Source: Paraphysomonas bandaiensis
Lineage: Eukaryota; Protista; Chrysophyceae
Assembly: GCA_965644295.1 (NCBI GenBank)
Contig: CBFFRP010000123.1
Location: 434,001 to 498,000, forward strand
DNA length: 64,000 nt
Direction of reading: 5' to 3'
Position numbers and translations under genes: made by a program. A model generated the notes under the pieces. The model was not told where the DNA came from and ran no database searches. It saw only the letters and a list, made by a program, of their open reading frames with translations. Shown here in pieces: positions 53,472 through 64,000 of this stretch (within the stretch, counting starts at the first letter, position 1; each line of letters opens with the position of its first letter).

Positions 53472-54789
53472 CAACAGTTTTATATAAGGACTTGCTATGT
53501 TTAGGTAGCGTGCTTTCTATGAAACGTTTTTACTGTAGCTTGCGTCAGCTCACTTGTCTGTAATATACTAATTTTTTACATAACACACTATAACAGCATC
53601 AAGTTATTATGGTGTACGACGCCTAGTTTCACTTTCCTGTTACGTGGCTAGTGTTATAGACATTCAATTTGATGTAGAGGTAAAGACAGATAATCCATTG
53701 CAAGCATGATTCGAAAAGAAGCTCAACAATTTTTAATCTCAATACGAGTAATAAAGTAATTGCTGTTTAACACGAATTCATGTCTATCATAGAAAATATA
53801 TCATCTGCTATGTAAAGGAAGTAGCTGAGCGATGTAATCAGCAAGATCTATCAACTATATTCTTTTAGATCAAACTCGTTTAGATAAACACCAGAAATAG
53901 ACGAAACTTACAGACTACAATACCTAAAGATATTATAAGTCATTGCTCATCGCATTCTCTTAGAGCTTCTCCTCGTAGCTGGCTCATATTCACTACCAGT
54001 GTCACGTCGATTCTCGATCGTATGCAGGAGTGGAGATATCAATTACGCAGATATCTTATCCCCTCTTAGTGCACGCCTATAGATATCATGCAATCCTTGT
54101 TATTTGTTCATTGACTTGTAAATCTGAGTGAATAGACATCTCTTGCTACGTACAGAGTAGATATCAACACGTATGGATAGATAGATACATGCACATGGCT
54201 GTATGTATATCCACATGCATATGTGGACACTGCTATACATATAGGAGTGCAGATGTCCAGACTACACCGTATACCGTACTGCGAAGCAGCAGAATTTCTT
54301 TGCATTTCGTGCGTATTCCGGTATTCCACTTCCGTATTTCATTTTAGGTATTTGAGGTCACATAAACTCCAGAAAGCCCCTATAAAGCATGCATGACTGT
54401 CTAGCTCTAGATACTGTACAGGTACAAAGTGTAGATCCATATAAAAAAACAGCAAAACGGTACAAACAACAGCAAGAATGGGAATCTACTAGAGTGGAGT
54501 AGAGGTATGCTACAGTATACTGCTGTACACCCTCATGTACAGTATATCATATATAAGCAGAGAGGAACGCAGTACGCAGATGTTACTATATCACATCTAA
54601 GAGTGTATATATTCGCTTAGTAGACATTACGGATTGGAACCATCATACTGGCTGATTGTATTCATATCCCTAATCAACGGGAGGGACTATCTTCTTATGG
54701 TCTTTAATTATTTGTTTCCTTTCTATCGATCAGTTCAACGAGAGCTGTAGTAATATATATATAATTGACCGTTATTCGAGCTGTAAGCT

Positions 54790-57700
54790 ATGGCAGGGCT
54801 ACGCTCAGCGCAAGTAGACTCGCTGGATCGTCATAGAAGTCCGCTAGCAACAGAGGTATATGAGGGTGCGGATAGCTCTGACATACTTTAATGTGTTACG
54901 CGGCAGATATATAGCAGCGCCAGGACGTACTTGCGAAAAAACAATGAGCATGTCCTTCATAATAATTCGTCTACTGCTAATGGCACACCCAATGAGTATG
55001 AAAATCAAGAAAAGACTAATGTCTTATCGAGGTGAGCAGTTTTCTTTGTCATTGTGATGTTGAGCTGGTGTAATAGGGTCGAACATCACAATGAATTATA
55101 CGAGGTATCGAGTTCGAGTTATCCTAGTGGGAAAAAATCGTGCAAAGATAAGCACAAGAAAACAGGACGCAAAAGGACTACCTCAGCGGAATCCGCGGAT
55201 GGGCTTGGAATTCCCCAGCCTATACCGGCTGAGAGGTCTCGAAGCCACACTGACTGTATCGTGCCATTAGGACGACTGGAGCGCCATTCGGACTCTTCTA
55301 GGGATTACTCTTCCGATAAAGATGAGCTGTCATCTGCGGGGTACCGTTCTAACTCGGAGAGGGCGCTGTTGCAGCAAGCTGTCCAGCAATCCGCTGGTCG
55401 TTTGATGTCGTTATCCTTGGGGCGGGGTCAAGCTATACCACATCCTCAGCAAGCGACATCGTCGACTTCTAATGCATCTGTTAATGCGAGTGGCAGCTCC
55501 CTTCCAATGACTGTTAGCTCGCCTCCTCTTTCAGGTGACGGTATGGAGGACCCATTTTCAAGGGAGGGTGACGAAGCGTCTATTGAGACATATATAGGCC
55601 AGACGTTTCCTCGTGTGAAAGATATTGACAAAGAAGTCGTGGCGGCATCTACTCAAGTGACATCAGTAGAGAAACGACATAGTCGATCCCAACCTTTGCC
55701 GTCCAAAGTTGCTGACGAATCCCATTCACAATATTCTTTAGCACATATATCAGGTGACTTTGCCAACCATACACCTCCATATGAATATAAAGGACGAAAG
55801 TCTTTCAAAAACAAGAAAATGCTAAAGTCTGCGAGCGCCTCGGTTGTAGGTAGTACAGAGAATGTGAAGGCGCAAGACAGAATCCGCCGCAACAGCGGAA
55901 GTGGGAATCTCGTCACTCCCCCTCGTCGAAGCCACAACATTAGCGGTAAAGAGCCGGCGACTGCTCCTAGAGAGAGGATATCCAACAGGGTCCATAGAGC
56001 TGGGTCGTCGAACAGCCGAAGTAATAGTCCTATGACTTTAGGCAAGGTCAATAGCCGTGGCAACAGTCGTAGCAGTAGCCCATTAGTAGGAGTTAGTCGG
56101 GCGATCAAGTGTACAATGCAACCGAACAGTCGGAGCAATAGCCCCCAACTGTCCTCGAGCAGAGCCCCCACAGCGGAGACTACCATATCTACCCCTACTA
56201 CTGAGCAGATCGTACGGACGTCAGTGGCGCAAGACACCGCTCAAGGTGTGACCGACCGTATGAGAACACCTGATACAGCTAAGGCTACTAGTCTGGATGC
56301 TGTCCTACGTGAACGGCTTCAGGAAGCGAAGGCGGAAAACAGAAAGAATACCAGTGACGGTGCGACAATGTATCAATTCTCCCTGTGGAAGGGGGTAAAA
56401 CGCAGAGACGTACTTGTTGAACAAAGTCCGGATCGTATAGTTGAAGGATCATCTGTACATATGGAGCAGTCGGTAGCCCCTCCAAAGAAGTCCTGTCGCT
56501 TGCGGGGAGTACGTGCTGCTCGCGAGGTATACGAGGAGGCCATTGATGCTACCCCCAGTATGCGCCCAATGCGTGTGAAACCCTTGAGTCATATATCTGT
56601 TAGTGATGGAGTAACTTCAGGAGTAGTGCGCAAGGAAAAGACATATGGTGCGGCGGATGTGTCGAGCCCGCCGAATGACTTCACTCCGTGGAAGCAGAGT
56701 CGTGATTATGATAGAGGATCATTTGAGACAGAAGATAGCGACACGGATGTTGATGACGAGGTACTCAGTGATGAAGTAGTGGCGGACACCAATAGTATTG
56801 GCGGGGGACGAGCGCTTGCTTTTCGTAGCATGGTTGGGAGTTGCAAGATTCACGAGTCCTCAGTGGGCTCTACAGCTGAGAGCATACAGACAGAACGCGG
56901 GGTTGGGGGGTTGCCGCACAATACCCACAGCATGGACTCAGTGTGTAGTAACAACTATCTCAGTGATGATTTCGAGGAGATCGAGGATGAGGCAGCGATA
57001 TTAGGCATCGCAGTGGACGACTATAGTCTGGCCTCGGACGTGGTCGAAGAAGCAGATGAGTGTGACGATTCAATGTACAGCAACGCTGGTGATATATCCA
57101 GTAAACCCACCAACAAGCTAACAGAATCGGACACGTCAACAGAAATTCAGAATTCTGCTAGCGAGCTTAGACTTCTGGTGGCTAGTAATTTAGAAGCAAC
57201 AGACCAGGCTGCTTTTTCTCCCGTTGCAGAATATACTGTCGACGGACCTGTACCTGGACCACCGCCAATACGAAAAGGAGATAAACTCATGCGGTTATTT
57301 GACGATGTTCCAGGTGATGGCAAGGATGTAACTATGTCCATCTCTTCCTTGCCGACTGAGAGATCTCCAATGAGAGAAAGTGGAAAAGGCTCATCAGGGA
57401 GAATGGAAGAAAGACGAAAGCAATTACCCACAACATCTCTCTCATCGCAGAAGCCAGCGGTAAAGAAAGGCAAGGGGAAGAAGCAGAAAGCTGTGAATGT
57501 ACTGAATGAGAGCCTACACAAGCACAGAGACCACAAGCACAGAGACCAGGCTTCTTCGCCCACTCTCTCTGAGGTATCAGATATGGACAACTATCAAACA
57601 GAGGATCCAAGCAAATCGGAGTCTAGGTCTTCTTTGCTACACTCCGCCAAATCAACGGGGTCCCCGTTATCTCACCTTCCCCAACATGCGCAGGAGGAAG

Positions 57701-58681
57701 TATATGTTATCCAAGACTTTGAATGGAAGAAGGGGGTGGATATAATCGGGGAGGGAACATTTGGCCAGGTGTTTAAGGGCATGAACTGCGCTACCGGTGA
57801 ACTGTTGGCTGTGAAACAAATAAGTCTTGTAGATGGCACTGATGAAGAAGTCTCTAGTTTACGGCGGGAGATTGATCTTATGCAGAATCTTTCGCACCCT
57901 AATATAGTTAGATATGTTGGCACATCGGTATCATCGCGTCACCTGTTTATAGTTCTAGAGTATGTTCCTGGCGGGTGTGTGGCAGGGATGCTATCACAGT
58001 TTGGAGCGTTTTCGGAGGTATTAATAAGGTAGGACTAGGGAACAGCATTGTGCATTGTTTAAGTTGACACTGCAGACGGCTGGTGAGCCAAATAATTCAA
58101 GGTGTCGATTACTTGCACCAGAAAGGGATCGTGCACAGGGATGTGAAGGGGGCTAATGTGTTGGTCACTGATGCAGGTGTTGCGAAATTGGCTGATTTCG
58201 GGTGCTCCAAACAACTGGCTGGACTCTGCACTACTTCTCTGGAGGAGAGTATGCGGACGATTCGTGGGTCAGTGCCTTGGATGGCACCAGAGGTAATTAA
58301 ACAAAATGGACATGGGAGATCGGCGGATATATGGAGTGTGGGAGCGACAATCATCGAAATGGGTATACTTATACCATCTACATGCTGTGACTTATTAATT
58401 GTTGTATGTAGCCACTGCCAAGCACCCGTGGCCAGAGTTTTCGAATAACTTAGCTGCACTGTTCCATGTCGCCACTTCGAAACACCCTCCCCCTGTACCT
58501 AGCCACTTAAGTGAGGACTGTGCAGGTTTCATTAACAGGTACGGGTGAATAGGTAATAATATTGTGTGTGACATTTCTCTGTAGGTGCATGAAAATAGAA
58601 CAACAAGAAAGAGCAACGGCCAGGGAGCTATTGACTGACCCATTTCTACTAGCATTGATAGTAACAAGTTCGAACCCCTGA
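54790..58681 (+). CDS. STE11/NPK1-like MAP kinase kinase kinase with long disordered N-terminus, multi-exon
   Basis: WKKG..IGEGTFGQV, LAVKQI, HPNIVRYVG, LEYVPGG, HRDVKGANVL, DFG, GSVPWMAPE, DIWSVG, KHPWPEF. Confidence 0.88.
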
Positions 58682-59197
58682 GTTACTTAATCTCATTCAT
58701 GTCATGCTCTACTTTATTTCAACGCCATAAAATACGTGTGAATATATATTATATGATATGTGTGCATGTGCGATTTGCTTGTTAATAATGTGTCCGCTAA
58801 TTCATGATAGGCTGTAATGTAATACTTCGAACATAGTATGAGGACGAGTTTAATAATATTACGACAACAGATATGTTACATAGTAACTTTTTATTGACCC
58901 ACAATAATTTTTAGGGAGCCTACGGTACTGTGCTAGAGAATTCTGGGTGTTTTAATGAGCGCTGTTAGTTATTGTCCTCAGTGGATTAGAATATTAGATA
59001 CACTAAAAATATCATTTATATTTATATATTTAATATAGTTGTGTTGAACCACATTTCGATAAGGGGGCGAGTAACGGAAATATGTTAGCTACCTACTAAG
59101 ATCCTAGTAGTAAATATCTAATTATTTGCAACAGGGATGCAAGAGTCAGCACTAATGTAGCATTGCAATTTGCAATTTAGCTTAACTCTAATATACT

Positions 59198-59612
59198 ACT
59201 ATTTAATGCTACGAAAGCTGCTTGTGCGTTACGCGTTACCGCAAGCACCAAGGTGCAACCACGTTTTGTTCTATAACTCAAAACAAACGCAGTGAGCAAG
59301 CAGAATGTTTATACACCTGACATCCGCTTGACTTCAGCAAGCAGCCCAATACCCCGGATGCCCTTAAGGTGGGCCTATATCCGGATGCTTGACTTCAGTG
59401 GGCAGCCCAATACCCCGGATGCCCTTGAGGTGGGCCGTGGGCCCATTCCCGGATGCCTGTTATTCATCAAAAGACCCAGAGACGTCTGCACAAGTGAAAC
59501 TTATTTGTCTCCCTTGTACCACACAAGCATTCAGAACAATATCTGCTGACTATATATGTGGCTCGGAGAAATATCTTAAGTACTTATCCCAGAAAACACC
59601 ACAAAAATGCGA
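59198..59612 (-). mobile_element. Ribozyme-headed retroposon, copy D (degraded 5' end, internal tandem duplication)
   Basis: Reverse complement of the family sequence. The ~60-bp unit GCTTGACTTCAG..CCCAATACCCCGGATGCCCTT.AGGTGGGCC occurs twice. TAG-like tail. Confidence 0.8.
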
Positions 59613-60449
59613 TTTAGTGAATGACGATGAACGATATTGATTATTATATTAATTATTGAGTGTGAGTGTATACAACGTTCAGTTGGTGAAGTTTTAAAGC
59701 ATCCAAATATGTCAAATGGTGTTGAAAATTTTCACTCCAATGACGGAAAGAATCCGATACGACAACGATGTCTTTCATAGTCGCGGTTGTCTGGCATACC
59801 AATTAATTAATTAATTATTGTTAATCTCTGTGTCGTGTCATTTATTAAAGAGAGGTCTAGAGGTAAAAACCAGAAAAGTTCTTAGATTGTTATCAGACAC
59901 AATACTTACAGATGAGGTAGGAAATCATGAGAGCTTTTACTAGCTAAAAGTCGGTGTCATACGTCCACCAGTGTGTTCTATTTGGTTTTTGGTGGTTGCG
60001 TATTCGTCAGTTATGTGTCGCAATATGAAGATTTTATCTACAGCTTTGAAATGATAGGGAGTTTTTCTGTTTCTTGTGGGCAATAAAAAGCTGTATTTCT
60101 AATGTATTTGAAGTGTGGCCGCTACTTCTTGAATAATACAGCAGTGGTTCACAGTATTACATAAACTAGTGCTAGTATGATATAGGTTTAAAAGAAGCGA
60201 AAATAGAATATATTTAATATTTTTCTTCTTGCTACTAGGAACACGTTTAAAGTGATATAAATAGATGTATGATATCCAGGTATAATCTAATATCCATAAT
60301 ATTGATTGAATATAATTATACCAGTGAATGATGATACATCATGTTGATCATAATGTTTTAATTGATTATTACGTAAATTTGAGACATTAAACTAGCAATC
60401 ACCGCTCTATTATTGTATATATTATGGCTATTGGAGTATTGATCTATTT

Positions 60450-61042
60450 GGGATCTATTATTGGACCTCTAGTCAAATTGGTGTAATTTCCTAGTCACAC
60501 CAAATTTGGTGTAAAAACCTAGTCAAGCGGTTGAAAAAACTAGTCATTTTTAATAATTTATATTTTTAGTTTGCAATGACTAGGTGTTTATGGTATTCAC
60601 CTAGTCAAAAATAAAAAATTTCATTCAAACATGGGAGCATACTCTAGCCATCAATTAATAAATGTATATATTGTATACATGCAATACATAACATTATAGC
60701 GTTGCATTCCAATGAGAATTGGACAGTTTCTCGTGACCATGTCCGGTGCAGTTCCATAGCTTTTACATCTGTGTTAAGTAGATATGTATATATGAGCTTG
60801 TTGTTATGTTTGAGTGTTTGTTTTGATGCTCTGTAAGCCACTAATATATTGTGTGGTGTGAGATGGTATCTTTTAGACAGTCACAGTGTGTAATCAATGG
60901 ATATAAGAACGACTAGGTTGAATACCAAAGTTGACTAGTAGGTTGAGTCATTTATTACTTTGACTAGGTTATTCCACCAAAAATAGCGTGACTAGGTTAT
61001 TCAACCAATTTGACAATTTGACTAGGTTTAATAATATTTCCC
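60450..61042. mobile_element. MITE-like element with imperfect TIRs and subterminal CTAGTCA repeats
   Basis: Left end GGGATCTATTATTGGACCTCTAGTCAAATTG vs reverse-complemented right end GGGAAATATTATTAAACCTAGTCAAATTG. About 5 CTAGTCA motifs on the left and about 5 TGACTAG on the right. No TSD recognised. Confidence 0.6.
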
Positions 61043-62381
61043 GATTAGTGAATGACGATGAACGATATTGATTATTATATTAATTATTGAGTGTTGAGAA
61101 ATTGGTCTCAAGGTCAAAACACCACTCCGACTTACCACGGTGAAAACAACTGACGGACACATCCTCACAACACCGCAAGACATTCATGAAGGCATTAATG
61201 CGCACTTCCGTGAACATCATGCCAAACCTCCTGGACTTGACCCTGTAGCACAACAGCTCCAGGATGACCCTACATGGTGGAAATCCCTTCTTGATCCGGG
61301 CTCAGCGACATGCCAGGAACCACTCCACCCCCGCTCGAAAATACCTCTTCCCCTGCAACTGGGGTTACGACGGGCCCTTTGTACCAAGACCAATCCGGCC
61401 ATGGCAGCCACACTCAAATCTACTCTTGCAAAAGACATCACCCAGGATGAATTCTACTGCACACTTCACTCTCTCTCCTTCAACCGCGCGCCTGGACCCT
61501 CAATGGTCTCCTCCAACATGGTCAAATCCTGGCCACCGGTAGTTCAGCGAGAGGCTTACATCCTCACCAGATCTCTCTGGAAACATAAACATGTGCCCAT
61601 TTGGTGGAGAGACAGGGTAATGTCTCCCATTCTCAAGAAACCAGGAGAATCCTCCCTCACTAATCTCCGACCGATTGGTCTGCTTGAAGTCAGTAGGAAA
61701 ATATTAACAAGGATAACCACTCATAGAATTCTTACCGTATGGGAGGAACAGAAAGTTTTGCATCCGTCCCAGCATGGTTATCGCTGGAGGAACGGGACGG
61801 ACACAGCGATACTAAGGGTACTCGCGGCTGCAGAAGAAGCAAGACGAAAAGGCGACCAGCATATATGTACACTCTGGGACTTCAAGAAGGCCTTCGACTC
61901 AATTGCGCCTAACCTCATGCGTCTCGCGTGGGCACGACTGGGCGTTCCGGACGATGTAGTTGACTGGTTTGGCAACTTAGATGCCGGCGGTCTAACATTT
62001 CCCTGGACACCATTCATGGCAAACAACATAGAGCCACGTTCTCTCCTTGACCTCCTGTCCGCAGACGGCCACTTCATTGCACTATTCAGTCTGGGTTTCG
62101 AAGCCGAAAGGGGTATCACCCAAGGGGGCACAGAATCCACATGCGCCTGGGTGGCACTCTACGACATCCTTCTCACGTGGCTGGACATTGAACTGTCAAC
62201 AACGAGTCCAACGTTACCAACTATTCAACTCACGACTCCGACTACCGGCGAAATAAAGATCTCCTTCGCGGATGATCTTAACACAATAGCTAAATCCATA
62301 CACGCTGCCCAACTCATTGCCCAACAAATATCTGCGTTCTGCGTACTTTCGGGAATGGAACTCTCTATCCCCAAAGTAATT

Positions 62382-63585
62382 GAAAATCTGATTATTAACG
62401 CGCAAGCTTGTGCGTTGCCGCGACCAACCTAACAACTCGCGCGACACTATGCATAACATGACTCTCATCTAGTTACTATTGCATGCACCGACAAGTGCTC
62501 AACTATACAACACGATTTAGTTAGCTACATGGGCATACGACGAGTTGCGTGTTTAAGCCGGATCATACGCTCCTGCCCAATCTACTTGTCCTAACACAAA
62601 CAACTTGCGGTCGGTGTCTTCGGCATATGTCTCCTGTATATGCGGCAGATCTTTAGGGCCCTCTTCAAGGTGGTGTTCACAGCAGCAGGTGTAGTCTGGA
62701 AGGGAGAATAAAGTAGCTCTATAGCGCCGGGTCCTCCCACGGTCACGAAGCGGTCTCACTGGTGCAATTTTGCACACTGACGCATGAAACAGACATCTAC
62801 CAAAATCTGTTACAAATTCAAGCTGACTCCAATGTCTTCCCTCCATTGTGTGCACTCGTCCAGCACATGCATCCACCTTGCACTCTTCTCCCGAGTGACT
62901 TACACTAGTAGGAAACCGTGCACCTTCCCCGCTCGGATGAAAACCTACTAAGCAAGAATAACATAAAAGCACCACAAATGTACCTGACACTGCTTGGAGA
63001 ACAGTGCCAGAGCCTTGATATAATCTCAATGACCTGGGTCAGGAGAAACCAAGACTAGGCAGTAGACGTGTGAGAAGACATGACAGGTCTAATCACATCA
63101 TTGCCATTGCCATGCATCCATGAGGAAAGTTTGACGCATTACCTCGGTCATTGGCCACACAGATACCGAATAATGTGAACTCATACTCAGCATCAATCAC
63201 TCAAAGCAAACGCAGGGAGCAAGCAGAATGTTGATATACCTGACATCTGCTGACTTCAGGTGTTTTGAGTTCTTAAGGTGAACATCCCGGATGCTTAACT
63301 TCAGCAGGCAGCCCAATACCCCGGTTACCCTTCTGGTGGGCCCTGTCCCGGATGCCCTTGAGGTGGGCCCATTCCCGGATGCCTGTTTATTCGTCAGGGC
63401 CCAAAGACGTCTACACAAGTGACACTTATTAGTGTCCCTTGTACCACACAAGCATTTGGCTATGAGTGGGCAGAACAATATCTGCTGACTATGTTTGCGG
63501 CTCACGTTAGTTTCCCAGAGAGAATCTCTCCGGTACTTATCCCCCAGAACACCACGAAAAGGTGCGAGTCCGACTTTGTTGAGGG
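62382..63585 (-). mobile_element. Ribozyme-headed retroposon, copy E (1,204 bp, with ~750-bp extra internal segment), with 16-bp TSD
   Basis: Flanked by the perfect direct repeat TATCCCCAAAGTAATT (62366-62381 and 63586-63601). 5' end CCCTCAAC abuts the TSD. 3' end GCGGCAACGCACAAGC..GCGTTAATA resembles the other copies. Confidence 0.88.
63498..63585 (-). ncRNA. Second identical copy of the candidate HDV-like ribozyme
   Basis: 88/88 identical by eye to 18060-18147. Its +1 C coincides with the TSD boundary. Confidence 0.7.
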
Positions 63586-64000
63586 TATCCCCAAAGTAAT
63601 TTGCACAGTGTTTCCGATCCTACAAGATTCCAACAAGTCCTCCGACCCCATTGGCTACATCATTCTCTACGACTGGTCGTGGCGTCCACACCCAGTCCCT
63701 ATCCAAACATCACTAGAGTCGATACATTACCTCGGAGCAGACCTTCCTCTCACAATCACAGACAAGGCCTCCCATGACTGGTGTCTAAAATACCTGAAAG
63801 TCGTGACCACACACCTAGGGATTAAACAGGCCTCAGCCGGCTGTAAAGTCATGGTTATCGAGACCCAAATCATACCGACTTTGCTCTATAGAGCCACCAA
63901 AGCTTCATGGCCGCTACACTGGTACAGAGAAATTGACGCTGCTTGCGCAACCCTCTACAGAAAGGCCCTCAGTCTAGGCCCTGGATACCCCACGGAACTG

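Larger units (their letters stand above)
61098..64000 (+). mobile_element. 5'-truncated non-LTR retrotransposon (LINE) reverse transcriptase, interrupted by a nested insertion; runs off the window
   Basis: RAPGPS, NLRPIGLLE..RK, SQHGYR, DFKKAFDSI, GITQG, SFADD, GMELSIPK. The frame resumes at 63587 (IPKVICTVF...SIHYLGADL...LYRKALSL) after the insertion. Confidence 0.92.

Noticed and set aside
60469-61026. CRISPR-like array from CTAGTCA repeats
   Set aside because: Repeats are only ~7-8 bp, irregularly spaced and inverted between halves, with no cas genes in a eukaryotic context.
62553-63029. Fanzor/TnpB or IscB in the cargo ORF with the repeat as omega-RNA
   Set aside because: No RuvC or HNH motifs visible; the 16-bp TSD and 5' truncation pattern fit retrotransposition.
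61098-64000. Host LINE as the autonomous partner of the ribozyme retroposon
   Set aside because: Its 5' and 3' ends are not in the window and no shared sequence is visible, so the link cannot be supported.

Overview
Eukaryotic nuclear DNA with compact genes and short (~44-55 nt) GT-AG introns. A flagellated protist, possibly a stramenopile, is an inference from the CYP51, the EF-hand/WD40 gene and the intron style. Thirteen protein-coding genes are visible, twelve of them in six consecutive head-to-head pairs: FG-GAP membrane protein / ~4,080-aa multi-GAF coiled-coil protein; ubiquitin E1 with an inserted UBA-like domain / Clueless (CLU1); CYP51 / PhyH-like dioxygenase; TBC Rab-GAP / GDPD; nucleotide-sugar transporter / pseudo-sulfotransferase-ankyrin-RBR fusion; EF-hand-WD40 / FYVE-LIM-hydrolase fusion; then a MAP3K. 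The window also holds a U1 snRNA gene, a Ty1/copia 3' remnant with its LTR, a pogo-derived TIR element, two MITE-like elements and a LINE reverse-transcriptase. The standout is a dispersed non-autonomous retroposon family with 5 copies or fragments. Its first 88 nt fold into an HDV-like ribozyme that resembles the trypanosomatid L1Tc/ingi 'Pr77' hallmark. One 1.2-kb copy interrupts the LINE RT ORF with a perfect 16-bp target-site duplication that begins exactly at the predicted self-cleavage site.
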